The notes: generated from the letters alone by a model not told the origin. Shown: positions 24,373-37,747, numbered from the whole stretch's first letter. The stretch: DNA of 63,675 bases, filler included, from Reticulomyxa filosa (GCA_000512085.1; 20 parts of 20 records of this genome joined end to end with filler, not necessarily neighbours in it), one strand, 5' to 3'. Numbers and translations are program-made.

Positions 24373-25480
24373 TGGACCACACAAGGGTCCCATGTGATCA
24401 GCATGGATGGCATGATCTTCTCTCAGCCACCGTTTAGCAAAGACATCAATTCGCCGATGTGGTGCTTCAGCGTGTCGAGCTACCAAGCGCTGCCAACGTT
24501 GCAAGGTGCCGTGTGTGCCATCGAGCCCGAGCCGTTTATCGCCGTTGTCAAGTCGGGGTATTTGTGGAAAAAAGGCCAAGAGTTTGTCAGCCAAAGGAAA
24601 CAGCGCTTCTGTGTGTTGGCCACAACAAAGATATTGTCTTATTACGATGGAATCCACCACAAAGGTTTGCCAACACAAAAAAGAAATTTCTATCTTTTTC
24701 TGGTTCAAACATTTTGCTATTCAATGAATAAAAAAAAAAAAAAAAAAAAGGACTCAGTCAATCTTGAAAAAATGAACGAAGTAGAGATAACCGACAATGG
24801 CAACCATCAAAAGTTTAACGTGGTAACGGATGGTCGAACCTATATGTTCGAAACGGACAACAAAGACGCAAAAGAATGGAAGAACGCGATCGACATGACC
24901 TCCAAACAAAATCGCGATGAGCTGACGAGTGCTCGCTTGCCGACGGACGTGAAGAGCTTGGCTGCGAAAGAGTACGGCGAGAAGAAAACAGAAGAGGAGT
25001 ACGTGCTGGAGTTCTTGGCGCTGTTCTTGGAAAAGGGAGAAAAACATTTGAAGAAAATCAACGAAGTCATCACCGACTTTGAGACTGACACCACCGTGTA
25101 CAAGGCTATTCAATGGTACGAAGAGTTGGCCAATTGGAAAGCTGGCATTGAAGTATTATTGAGTAAATGGCCTCTTGGATCTGTCTGTTTCGTTTTTTTT
25201 TTATGTTATTTAAAAAAAACTTGAAAATCACATTACAAATCCATAATTGCAAAAAAAAAAAAAAAGGCCCGCCAGAAGTAATGACGGTACGATCTGGAAT
25301 GGCGACGCTGATGGACGAGGCGGAAAATGTCATCATGAACGACATCATATGCTATGCGCAAGACAACATTGCCGAAAATACCATCGTTCGCTTAAACTCG
25401 GCGTGCTTGGCCATGGCAGAACTTCGAAAGGGTCAAATCAGAGTGTCCACGTATATTACAGATCAATTGGTAATCTTTAT
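24373..25480 (+). CDS. PH-domain protein (partial, spliced)
   Basis: VVKSGYLWKKG..RKQRFCVL..LSYY..GRTYMFETDNKDAKEWKNAI. Confidence 0.85.
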
Positions 25481-25769
25481 ATAAACATATACATATATAT
25501 ATATATACATATATATATATNNNNNNNNNNNNNNNNNNNNNNNNNNNNNNNNNNNNNNNNNNNNTTAATTAATTAANNNNNNNNNNNNNNNNNNNNNNNN
25601 NNNNNNNNNNNNNNNNNNNNAAAAAAAAAAAAAAAAAATTTTTTTTTTTTTTTTTTTTTTTTGTCTCTGAATTTCAATTGTAGAGCCAAAGTAATGAGTG
25701 GAAAAGGAAATGGGATAAGCTACGTATAAATTTTTTTTTAAAAAAACAAACTGGTCGAAGCGTGGGTAC

Positions 25770-26668
25770 GTACGACGCTGTAGTGACCGGACAAATGACG
25801 TCGATTTGCTCGCAGTTAATGGTATGACCACATTGTAGATAGACCTTGTTTGCATAAGAACCGTTGATTAATAATCCCAAACATTCTTTTGTGCTTGCAG
25901 TAGAACTGTCACAAATGACATTAATGTTACTAAAATCGGATTGACCGACTTGTGTAATTATATTTACGCCTGCTAGTGCTTGCGTGTTATCCGAACTGCC
26001 TTTTAAACTGACATTAAGAGTTCCCTTTTTTGGGGGATAAATTGTCGCTTGCGAAAAACAGGTGGATTTATAGGTCTCTATGTTCACAAATGTTGCATTT
26101 TGTCCATAAATTGCTGCGCTTGACGCTGCTCCGGAGTAAAAACACGTTATATACAGAGACTTTGCATTTTGTCCATATATTGTCGACGAACTAAATCCTC
26201 CACTTGATGTTGCATTAATTATGCAATTGAGTTCGGGGTTACTTGGACAGTACACCGTTGCATGTTTACAAGTGTTTTGCTTAGATCCGCTTGTTATCAC
26301 ACAATGTGACGTGTTTGAACAGTAGTACGTATGTGTTGACTGTTTGCAAACCGTCACACTAACGTTATATCCTTTACAGTTTTTCAGTAAAAACAATTGA
26401 AAGTGCAATAAAAACAAAAAAAAAACAATTTCATTTCACTTTGAGCTGATGCTCACTGGGTGTAATTTAAAAAAATTCTACGCCCCAAGGCTTTAAAAGA
26501 CTCTCAACAAAACGTAATTGTCTCATTTTTTTTTTGGACAGAAGGAGATGACATATTTAGTGTTGCTGATATTTTCATCATGTACACATTCACTCCCCAA
26601 GCTTCTCTTAGGCAAAAAAGAAATATGCAAAACTCAAGATACAATATCTTTTTGCTTATTTTCATATA
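25770..26668 (-). CDS. Secreted or surface Cys/Thr/Ser-rich repeat protein (3' partial)
   Basis: Signal-peptide-like MKISKKILYLEFCIFLFCLREAWG, then repeated ATVYCP / STIYGQNA / AAIYGQNA / ATIYPP units. Confidence 0.65.
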
Positions 26669-27086
26669 TGGTTCGGATTGGCAAAACGTGTGCATCCTTT
26701 TTCTTTTTCAAAAGCGTTCTGTATTGTTTCTAATTCCTTTTCTTAAGAACATTTCTTTCAGTTTTAATTTGAATGGAGTTAAAAAAATGAAATCTTCAAA
26801 AATGGACAAGAGGGACTGATGGAATTCCTTTATGCATTAACTGTGGTACATTAAACGGTCGTCGACGGAAAAATTTGTAATTTTTCCCAAAATAGAAAAA
26901 AAGACCAGAAAAAAAAGATTGAGAACAAACAGTTTACAAAAGAAAAAAAGTGTACACAAGAACTAACTAAAGGATAAGAAGAAAGAAAAAAAAAAAGGGG
27001 ATGTGAAGCAGTGATTAATTTCTGCTAATCACAAAAAAATTGGAGGGAAGGAGGAGAGTTGACGGAAAACAAAACAAAACAATTGA

Positions 27087-27749
27087 TTAAACGAGATCTT
27101 TCTTGTAGACAGTGTCACAAGAGTTTTGAAAAGATACAGAACTGTGCGACATTGTTTCGTCATCATTACTATGGTGTGAACGCTTGCGGCGATGATGGTG
27201 ATGATGACGAGGTTTGTCATCATTGGCATTGCGATTGCGAGTGTGATTGTGATTGTGATTATGGTTGTGATTGTGAATGTGATTGTGATGATGATCATTG
27301 TCTTCATCACTTGTGTGAGAAATTTCAGATTTGGGTTGAGCAATCACACGTTCACTTGCCATAGCAAACAGATTCCAATGTTCTTCAATGAGTCTATCTT
27401 TGTCGTTCAAATTGCAACAGGGGTCATCATCTCCACGATACACATGGTGTGGATTAATACACGAGACAACAGGAGTGGGCTGGGTTTCCGTCGCGACTGC
27501 GGTATTTCCATGTGCTTGAGTTTTTATGACATCAATGGAAACATCGCGACCTTTCGGATGAAGGTGCGCGGAACGACGTCCATGTTCACTCCGATCCTTG
27601 CCACTTCCATTTGCACCGTTTTCCTTCGATCTACTATCGTCAACGTTTGAAGTGGCAGCCATATTTGTCAATCCTGTATGTCGACTGCTATTTTTGGGCC
27701 AGCTGTTTTTGTTGTTCCCATTAGTGTTTGAATGATTTTCACATTGCTG
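27087..27749 (-). CDS. C-terminal low-complexity (HN-repeat, poly-His) exon of an unknown protein
   Basis: Frame is open from the contig edge to TAA and contains a CACAAT-type hexamer repeat. Confidence 0.6.
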   Translation of the reverse strand, partial: QQCENHSNTNGNNKNSWPKNSSRHTGLTNMAATSNVDDSRSKENGANGSGKDRSEHGRRSAHLHPKGRDVSIDVIKTQAHGNTAVATETQPTPVVSCINPHHVYRGDDDPCCNLNDKDRLIEEHWNLFAMASERVIAQPKSEISHTSDEDNDHHHNHIHNHNHNHNHNHTRNRNANDDKPRHHHHHRRKRSHHSNDDETMSHSSVSFQNSCDTVYKKDLV

Positions 27750-27908
27750 NNNNNNNNNNNNNNNNNNNNNNNNNNNNNNNNNNNNNNNNNNNNTTAATTA
27801 ATTAANNNNNNNNNNNNNNNNNNNNNNNNNNNNNNNNNNNNNNNNNNNNTTGTAAAAGTGTAAAATACACTCACACAAATATACATAACAAAAGAAAAAA
27901 AACAAAAC

Positions 27909-28443
27909 TCGGGAGCATCGATGCATGACCTCGACGTGCGACAAGTCGGAATACGAAAAAATCACTTGATCTACGTTCTTGTCGACAATCAAGTGTTCCA
28001 GATCCTCTTCTGGAACTATCGGAATACCTTTTGGATATTGTGATCCACTCAACTCTGATGGGTATTTTCTTCCTTCAATTCCTATTCGTTACAACAAAAA
28101 ATGTATGTTTAAAAGTGCAAAACACAAAAAAATTTTTTTTTAAAAAAAAAAGTTTGATATTGTTGTCCATAGTTGCTTCTTTTTTTTTTTTTTTTGCAGA
28201 AGATCCTCAAAGACCTGGAATTTGGGTAGCAGTGAAAGCCACGACGTTGAATCTTGGATTATCACGGAAATACATATTGAAGTTGTGAAAGTCTCGTCCT
28301 GCTGCACCCATTATGGCTACATTTTCGACGGGTGCTTTTGGAGGAACTGACGAAAAGGGTTTTACAAATCCTCTCGAAACTCCCCTGTGAAATCTCAAGT
28401 TTCGATTCAAATATCCTGTCTTTGATAAAAGTCTTCGATACAT
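27909..28443 (-). CDS. COG2403-type predicted GTPase / cyclic 2,3-diphosphoglycerate-synthetase-related protein with a mitochondrial-type presequence (3' partial)
   Basis: IMGAAGRDFHNFN..FRDN..VVAFTATQIPG|IEGRKYP..YPKGIPI..FSYSDLSH..VMH. N-terminus is Arg/Ser-rich and acid-free. Confidence 0.8.
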
Positions 28444-30619
28444 GACGTCGCAAAAAAAGCCAAAAATAGATATTTATCTTCCTTTTTATCAGTATCAACC
28501 CTTGAAACAGCTCAGTTGGTGAACCTTTTTTTTAGAGAAGCAAGTCACTGCGACTAAAATTTGTCTATCCTCACACAAGACAACAAAAAGCATAAGTTGT
28601 TCGGCACCACACAAACCATAATTTCTACAATTGATAATAAAACAAAAATAATTTTTAATTACAACACAAAAAATTTAAGTATAAGTCGGCTATACAATGG
28701 TGGCACAATGTGTACTATGATATGATTTATTAACTTGTATTCATAATTATGAGATTAAATTTTGTTTTCTAGTCCTTGAAAAATTAATTGAAAAAAATCA
28801 GCAATTAAATAGAAAAAACGAGATAAAAAGAAAGTAAGTTTTGTGAAAAGATATTAGTTCGATATTTGAGATTTTTAATCATTTCGATTTTTTTTTTAAA
28901 TGACTAAATAAGTTTAACAAATGATTTGATGAGCTGTTGAGTCAGTGCTGGAGTTTGCGCAAAGCTTCAAAAAAATTTAGTATAGTCATAAATGCATACA
29001 TAAATTGAATATTACGTTCAAGACCGAAAAAGTTATCACTGTTGATAGTTATTATTAAATGTGTTAATGCTGAATAAGTGAAAAGATTACTGGAAAAAGA
29101 AGGTTTGCTTTATATCATATGCAACAATAACAATTACGATTAGAAAAAACAGATTGAATGATATTACTTTGAAGAAAAAACTATTTTTAATAAAAAAAAA
29201 TTAGAAGCAAGACTTTATTTTTCAAAGAAGTACAAGTAATTGACATCTAAGTCTTTAATGTACAAAGTGCTGACAACGCCACATAGATATTGTACGATTT
29301 GCAGTCTATAGTGATGTCGTTGTGATAAGATAATGTACACAGCCATTCCAAAATGATAGTATGCGATATACAATGTTTCAGCTAACACTATATCGAACAA
29401 TGACAGAAGTGATAGATTCGCATGTTAGTAAGAAAAGTATATGTCGACTGTAGCAACAGTTAGCATACTGATACAACGATATTATTTTTCTATTTCATAT
29501 ATGAAATATTTTCGTACTTGTTATTATGTCAAATGTGTTTTTGAAATCTATCTTTGCAGCTACATTATTTGAGTCAGTATTAGTCTATTTAATTGCAAAT
29601 TTGAATTTGTGTGCAAGGCAATAAATACTGAATTTCAAATATATTCCAAATTGTTTGTGACACAATATCTGTATGATGTTGTCTTTATGCATTTGGTACA
29701 GTATTGCGACTGCTGTCCTTCGAATGAGACTTCTGATTGCGATGTATCTAGGAAACAGATAATTCTTGTGTATTGCTATTAATCGGACGCAATATGCAAT
29801 GAATCGCATTCTGTATCGTTTTTGCCTTCTCTAATTAGGTTTACCACAATATCATATTGCGTAATTGCTCATATCTGATACTTTGCTTTAATTGCGTTTA
29901 TTGTAGTGTAATTATATTTTAATTGCACTGTTCAATTCAAAGCGCTTATTACTTTGAAAAAGTAGTCAACTAATGATATTTCCTTGCAGTAATAGCGATT
30001 AGTAGCTTTTGATTTTATGTGTCATGCTTCGTCGCTAAATCAGCAATTACATTGATTGATATTGTAATTTTTACAATATAAATTGTAATAAATTTTGTTT
30101 CTACATTTGCAACATGTCAAGTATAATACTTGTGATTTTTTGTTATTCGATTTACACACTATTTATAGCTTCCAAATGATAATCTTGGTAAATATAGACA
30201 ATTTACTCCACGATATATTGTATATGTACATATCTACTGCAGAAATCTTGCTGCAAATTAAGGCATCAAACTTAGTGATAATATAGTGATTATAATTGAT
30301 TGAAATTCTGCTATTGCTATTGACGAATTTATTTTCCAATTTGATGTCAGTTATGATATGTCTGCATTAGTGTTGATATTTTATCAGTGACTTTTGAGTC
30401 TATTGTTTAATATGTAATTGTACTATGAGAAAATTTGACATCGACTACAATTGAATTGTTTGTTTTATCGTGTTTGCTGCATCAATTTGATGTTGCTTCT
30501 TCGAAACACTTTTTGTGCATGTGTTTTATCAGTTGATAGTTAAATATTGTAGTCCTGTGACTGTTGCAAAAGATTATATAAAATTTTTGTAAATGGTAAA
30601 TATATAAGTCTACTTGTTA

Positions 30620-30767
30620 CAGTATATTGCAAAAAAAACTGACATACCTAAATTGCACTATATGAAGAGAATAGATTTTCTCCATGAAAAATAAAGATTT
30701 AAACCTAATTTTTTTATGATAAGTTTTTTCTAGGTTGATCAAAAATATGATTTTTTGAAATGATTTT
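30620..30767 (+). repeat. DNA-transposon terminal repeat copy (TA|CAGTATATTGC)
   Basis: Matches 16445-16597. Confidence 0.7.
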
Positions 30768-31214
30768 NNNNNNNNNNNNNNNNNNNNNNNNNNNNNNNNN
30801 NNNNNNNNNNNTTAATTAATTAANNNNNNNNNNNNNNNNNNNNNNNNNNNNNNNNNNNNNNNNNNNNACTTGTTTACACAAAGCATAATCTTAATTATGA
30901 AATTTTGTCATATCTTTCAGAAACATTACTTCATAAGTATAATACAAAAGTTTAAGAACTTTCAAAACGAAAAACAACGGTAAGGTAATATATAGTCAAG
31001 TAATTTCACATGTTTTCATTTTTTTTAATTGTGTCAGCCAAATCCATTGAAACCTACAATGTTGATATTATTTGAAGATATTTTAATTGAATAGTTTTGT
31101 CAAAAATTGATAAATTGACAAAATTGTCAACAATTAAATAATGAAAAAAGTCATTTTGTTAAATAAAAAATTATCAAATAAACACCAAAAAATTTCATCA
31201 TACAAGAATACATT

Positions 31215-32506
31215 TTACTGTAGTAAATAAACTTCTATTTCTTGCACCGTAAATGGACCTGATATTAACGCATCAAGTGGACCATCATATGAACATAATT
31301 TGCTAAAACTCTCAGTATTTTTGTTAGAATTTTCGCTAATGTAAAGATCACCTTTACCTATTAAAAACAAAACAATATAAAACTTTGAAACTTTGTATAT
31401 TTTTTTTTCACTTACCAAAGCATGGTCCACAATTTCCAAGAATAGCATTTTCTTCTTGCCCTTTTTTAATGTGAAATTTTTGAGGCACTATACTATTATC
31501 ATTTCTTAATAAAAATAAAAATGCATCTTTGTCATATGTATTTGTATTGCCCCCTCGACGATTCCACCAACTTACAGTTGTGTATCCACCAAAAACACGG
31601 TCTTTGGCTTTCACAATAACAACTGTTTTCCCTTTTCGATTGCAATTAAAATGAAATGCATTTGTATTAAATCCATCTCGACTTGCACAATACAATAATG
31701 ATCGTATTGTTTTGTTTTTAGGTAAAAGCGACAACAACACTTTTACTTCTCCATTTTTGATTATTCGAGATTCCATCAGTTGTTGGGATACATACAACAA
31801 AAATTCTGGAGAATACTGTGTAACTGTACATTTTGTTTTGCAAAAGCCATGAATTCTAAGTTTGTAAGTGTTTTCCCACGCGATTTCTTCATGGCAAAGC
31901 ACGAGAGATCCTTCGCTTGTACTTGGTACTATCTCAAATTCTTTTATTTTTTCCCATTCATAGTTAATATTATCGTTGCCACATTTTAAAATTTCCAATT
32001 GATATTTGGAAATATTTTGTTTATTTTTTATGTTCCATTGAATCAATACCATTGGAGTAGCCGAAGGAGTTAATTTGGCTGTAAGATCAATTTATTCATT
32101 TGAGATAATCTTCAAATGATTATTGAGCATGCAATTTAATGCATTACTTATATCTTGTATTCCTTTTTCTAGCGGATATGTATGTTTTTTGTTACTTTCA
32201 ATTTGTTGATTACAAGACAATTCTGTTTCTTGTACATGCACTGTTATGCCAAGTATTACTTTTTGACAGTGCTCCCGGATTTGTTCTATTAGTAATTCGC
32301 GACATTCTTCAATTTTTTTAATTCTAGTTTTTCGGTATTTTTATTTTCCAGTTTCTCCATTTTTATTGAATAGTCGTGAATAATATTTTGTAAATTATTC
32401 TCTTCTTTCTCATCTGAAATAGTGTATGTACTTGTTTGGTGATTTTGTACTTTTGCATCTTTTCTTACCGGATTGCATTTTGGTAACTTTTTTTTCAAAT
32501 TATCCT
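31215..32506 (-). CDS. Coiled-coil / FN3-like / TLDc domain protein (5' partial), one -1 break at about 32311-32320
   Basis: LLYCASRDGF..AFHFNCN.KGKTVVIVK..VFGGYT..AFLFLL..GPCFG..FTVQEIEVY. Confidence 0.88.
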
Positions 32507-32616
32507 NNNNNNNNNNNNNNNNNNNNNNNNNNNNNNNNNNNNNNNNNNNNTTAATTAATTAANNNNNNNNNNNNNNNNNNNNNNNNNNNNNNNNNNNNNN
32601 NNNNNNAAAAAAAAAG

Positions 32617-33046
32617 GAAAGATTGGTGATGTGTCTGATGCTCGGATGATAAGCTTCCAAATGAATTATTTGAGCTTCAAATTGGCGACGCTGTATAGTA
32701 TTACGTTTGTAACGACGATAATCGCGTACGTTATAATAATTAGTAATGACACTTACATTGCGTTGATCGCGTCGACGGATATTTTGATAAACACAATCTG
32801 CTTGCTATTTTCTTTCAAGTTTATGGACAAACACTATCGCAAGTGCTCTGCACTTTGTGGCTGTATGCATATCGGACGCCAAGAGTTTTCACAAATTCTG
32901 AAACTTGTCGACGCCAATAGCGATTTGCGTATGATCATATTGGTCGCAGTGGCCAATTTATGGACAAAATTGCTATTCCTGATACCGATGACGATGACAA
33001 TAATCAAAATATTGAGCTCAGCCAACATGATCAAGGCGATGTTTGA
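32617..33046 (+). CDS. C-terminal exon of a divergent 7-TM protein with a probable -1 break at about 32921-32930
   Basis: TM6/TM7-like STDILINTICLLFSFKF..YRKC. The -1 frame gives a natural acidic tail IPDTDDDDNNQNIEL ending TGA TAA. Confidence 0.65.
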
Positions 33047-33974
33047 TAATCTTTTTTTTTTCTATGTTTGTCTCTTGTCATTATCACTATTATATTACAT
33101 TTTTTAAAATTTGAAATATTTAGTGAATTCAAAAAGAATAACATAGAAAAGAAAGTTACATCATTCAAAATTATATTACATCAACTACAACGCAATACAA
33201 AAGTAAATATCCAACAGCTTTTATCTATATGGCAAGGCCCACTACTTTAATGTTGTTCGGTTTCTTTTTTGTGTCATTTGCGTTTGCTTTTGTTGAAAAA
33301 ATTGCTTAAGAAATCAATATCATATTCATTTTGAGCAAGCCTTATGGTAGTAGTCAGTACAAAAAGTATATCATTGCTTAAAATAGCTAAAGTAATAAAT
33401 TATATATTTACTAATTAATAATTATTCAACTTTTGCAATTTACCGAATATCAAGAATTTGACCAGCTTGCTTCTGACGCTGTTCAGAAGCCAATTACTTC
33501 ATTAACTGACTCGTGCCTATGTACATTATTTTATGTATAGTTTTTTGAAAAAATTTAATAAATAAGTGATAACAATTTTAACAATAAATACAAAAACCAT
33601 TTATTTTATGTAATAGCTTTGTATTGATTACTTTATATTATGTAGATACCGTTTCGCTATTTCGTCAGTATTGGCATTTGTTATTGTTGTAAACTAATTA
33701 TGTGTTTGTTCATCTTGCGATGTTGCTTGAATTTGATGCTTTGCACAGTCACTTTTGTGTTATTGTTTTCAACTGATTAGTTTGCTAGTTGACAATGTAG
33801 GGAAAGTCCCTATTATAAATCCCCAACTACTAACGGAACGGTGGGACCCCCAGTGGGTTAAAACCCTCTTCTCANNNNNNNNNNNNNNNNNNNNNNNNNN
33901 NNNNNNNNNNNNNNNNNNTTAATTAATTAANNNNNNNNNNNNNNNNNNNNNNNNNNNNNNNNNNNNNNNNNNNN

Positions 33975-36900
33975 GGTCCAATCATGCAGGATGATGTGCA
34001 TTCCAATCTCCTCCAATGGTATAATTCAGTGATTCAGATCAAGTTTTTTAGATGGGTTGCAGTGACAATTATTGGACTACTCTCTCGCTTCATCCTCAAC
34101 TTGCACTTCTTTTTGCCCTCTCTACCTGCACAAACTCAGGTCTTTCTAGATAAAAGAGCACCTCGTTCTAAGAAATAGAACACAGTACTCAAAAAAAGAA
34201 CACAAAAAACAAAAGAAAGACACACAAACCTTACAACGACCAAAAGGTCAATGCAAAAATAATTAAAAGAAAAACAGTTAAATTGAGATTTAAAATGAAA
34301 ACTTGAAAATTGTTCAAATCTTTCTCTTGGTATCGATTACGAACTTGGACGCTTGACAGCTTTGATTCTAATCCATGCTCGGTCTCCAACAATGAAATAT
34401 TTCGATAGGGACAATACATTAATATCTGGAAGCGATTCTTGGACATTGCGACGTAATTCTTGATACCGCAAACAATCTCTTCTTCACGCCAAATACAATA
34501 AGGAGAGTCTGATCTGATGTTGTATAAATAATCATTCAACCCAACTTTGCCAGTAATCAACCGACAAATGATTCTGCGTTCACTAAATGTCAATGAATGT
34601 TACATGTCTTGGATTATCCACTTCAATCCATGATTATTCAGCTGATCTATTTTGTGGGATAAGATCTAGTTGCAATTGCAGCGCTTTCCTGCGAGCATTA
34701 TTTGCAACAAGATCCACTTTATCATTACCAGGAAATAGATCTCTGGAACATTATCTTCATTAAATAATCTTAGGATCTTTTGACAATCCATAATTGGCAC
34801 TTTATAGATGTCATAATCCCATTTTTTGAATAACGCATTGATCACGAACTTGCAATCAGTCAGGATAATACCCTTCCACTATTGATCTCCGACATACTTC
34901 AATGCAAGATCCAATATTGGTCGTAATACCATTGATTGGATATTCCAATCCCAACTTGGCATACTTGGATCTTGAATTACAAGTCCTGCGCCTTCAATAA
35001 GCATAAGTATGTCAAATAACCAAGTTTTCTCGCTGACATGCTTGGAGTAAATCATGTGAGAATCAAGGAACAATCCAAGATACTTCACATGATCACATTC
35101 CATCAAATTACTGAATGTCAATTTCATCTTTGGGAATATCTTCTTGTTCTGGTGTCTGAATGTGATGCATTGCGTCTTATTTTAGTGAAGAGTTTTTGAC
35201 ATATTGTGTATTTTGTGTAAACATTTTAATTAATTTGGATTTTGAAATGAGATTTGATTAGATAAAGGCTTTGCATACGATGTTGGTTAACCAACAATCA
35301 CAACTTGACCCGACCAATCTCTTCTTTCCATCAATTTACCAACACTTGATAGCAATGCAATTGGTCGATGGATGGATGATTCTTAGCATATATCCCATCC
35401 AAATAAGAATACCCACCATTCTTAAGCATCTGGTTATCACGTGACCAAACACAATCATCCAATTCCAATGGTTTTGATATAGCCGCTTTAAATTTAATTT
35501 CATCTTCCACTATTTCATAATGCTTTTTCCACATCTTTTGGGCTGAGGTGGCTCTGCAAATGTCTTTGCCAATAGATACGCTTTATCAGCATCTGGTCTT
35601 GCCACAGAATTAGTTTCCTTGTTTACCAATGCTGAAATAATGCATATCTTATTGGTGTTTAAATAAATTCCTTGTGTTCTCTTCATGAATTAATGCTGTT
35701 AACCATATGCTGATGTTTCTCCAGCATCAAATTCTTGGTGTTCTTTGTTTACGAAATCTGTCAATAGAATCAATAGATTGCATCCAATTTTCAATATTTC
35801 TTTTCAATTTCAATTAAATTCTTCCCATTGCTTCTCAGATTCCATGTCTCAATCTTTTGTCGTTCGATTCGTGGTTGCATTGTCTTTCATAAATGTACAA
35901 TTAAATGGTAATGTGTTAATAATATTTAATCCATTGGACACAATGAAAACATCGTCAGTATTATGATCCAAACATGCAGGATGATGCGCATTCCAATCTC
36001 CTCCAATGATTTTTATAGCTGATGTAATTCTTGCTCAGGCACAGTATTAAATGATCGTGAAATGGAATGTAAATCTCTTCGGCATAACACTCCAGATCTT
36101 CCTATCCAATGATGATTTCACCATCATCTTTCCGATTATTTTGTGGTTTTTGAACTGGTTGTTGTTCTACCACCTTGTTTTTATTTTTGTTTCTATTCTT
36201 TCTCTTTGATTAGCCTTGTTTTGTTTGACTGTGTAAAATTGCTGATTAGTCTTATTTTCATGTCTCTTTTTAATTTGGATGGATTTCGGAGATGAACCCT
36301 TCTTGTGTCAACATTTCGATGCTTCGTGGTTTTTCAGGCCACAATACTTGCCAAGTCTTTTTCTGTGGGCATTCTTTAGCAATGTGGTTCAATTTCGATA
36401 TTGCTTGAAGTGATGCTTGGGTCTTGATCTATTCTTGTCAAATATGACTGCTTGTGCCATTGAGTATCCAATCTGAATGTTCTTGTCTTGGAGGATCTTC
36501 ATCACCTCTTCAGCTTTGGATAGCGTTATCATTACCATTTGCATTTTTTTGAACCTTTTCGCTTGTTCAGCTGAATATCCATATTCTTCCAATGTCTCTT
36601 TGATCTCCTGCTCACTTTCCTGCACTGGAACATTCTTAATAACACAATCTTATTCAGGATTGTATATCTCTTATTGCTTACGTTTTTTAATTTCATCAAC
36701 GTAATTTCGTCGATATATTTGGCTTGCTCTTCGGACTTTTCATTCCCATTTGAAAGCGGATTGTCGTTTCGTATAATTGCCGCAATTGTTGAGCATTCAC
36801 ATTGACAGCAAAATGGACGTACATTGTTTTGAGATTTCCAGAGCATGTCATTTTCTGGAAATTTCCGTTAGTTTTGAGAATTTGCTTGCTGCATCTTATT

Positions 36901-37560
36901 TTGAGTGCTCACTATACCTTTACTCAGCCGGCAAGCCTTGCTGAACGGCTTTCTTGTTATCACCACGCTCAGTAAAAGACTCTTTCTTTTAACCGCGCGC
37001 GCCTCAAAGTGTGGTGATATGTGCTGAATCGGTCGGAAAACTTCGAGTTTTTTATTTTTTTCACAATCTTTCGAAATATCTAGATGAGTTTTGATATCGA
37101 GATCTTGTTAATCTTACACAATGATCGTCGATAATGATGATATATTTTTTTTTTCATAGCAAGTTGTAATTCTTGTTCAAATACTGTCGTATTGAATTGC
37201 TTACACTGCAGATTTCGATAGAAACTGCAAAACAATAATGGTTTCTTTTGATCAGGACAAGAGATTTCACCCAACACGATTCATAACCAAATACATTAAA
37301 TGTATCCAGTATGTTATTGAATAATCGCAATGTTGAATGCAAATCTCTTCGACATAACACTATAGATCTTCCTGTCTCACTCCAGTGATGAACATAAAGA
37401 TACTGGAAATTATGATCGATATCCTTCTTCTTTGATCTAAATCCTTGCAATAAACAGATATGGGGCTGCTCTAATATTTGAGCTTAGAATAGAATCCGTT
37501 GATATTATTCTGGAATACCAATATGCTACCGATCATAGATCCATTTTCTTATTGATATTT
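33975..37560 (-). mobile_element. Decayed, rearranged non-LTR (LINE) retrotransposon(s) with zinc-knuckle ORF1, AP endonuclease, RT and RNase H
   Basis: IIGGDWNAHHPA at about 35975-36010 and about 33980-34020, HVKYLGLFLDS (RT), ILTDCKFVI and PGNDKVDLVA (RNase H), RLITGKVGLNDYLY..SPYC, KYCG..NHEASKC, LFCSFYRN. Confidence 0.88.
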
Positions 37561-37747
37561 GAATACTAATTTCATCTCTTGATCGATTTCCAATCCCCAT
37601 CTGAATCAATACTGGATTAATTGATTGCAAGAAGGATTGTAATTGTTNNNNNNNNNNNNNNNNNNNNNNNNNNNNNNNNNNNNNNNNNNNNTTAATTAAT
37701 TAANNNNNNNNNNNNNNNNNNNNNNNNNNNNNNNNNNNNNNNNNNNN

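Noticed and set aside
26370-26470. Possible further -1 break at the micro-exon of the secreted repeat protein
   Set aside because: The phase mismatch could equally reflect my uncertain splice-site choice, so it is not counted.
27029-27650. Cys/Asp-rich (CDCECDCD) metallothionein-like ORF and other alternate-frame ORFs
   Set aside because: These are antisense or off-frame readings of the HN-repeat exon.
29200-30600. Possible decayed gene on the minus strand
   Set aside because: Only short hydrophobic ORFs with no motif I can identify.
32255-32270. Second frame break in the TLDc gene
   Set aside because: On recounting, CAA AAA GTA is in frame.
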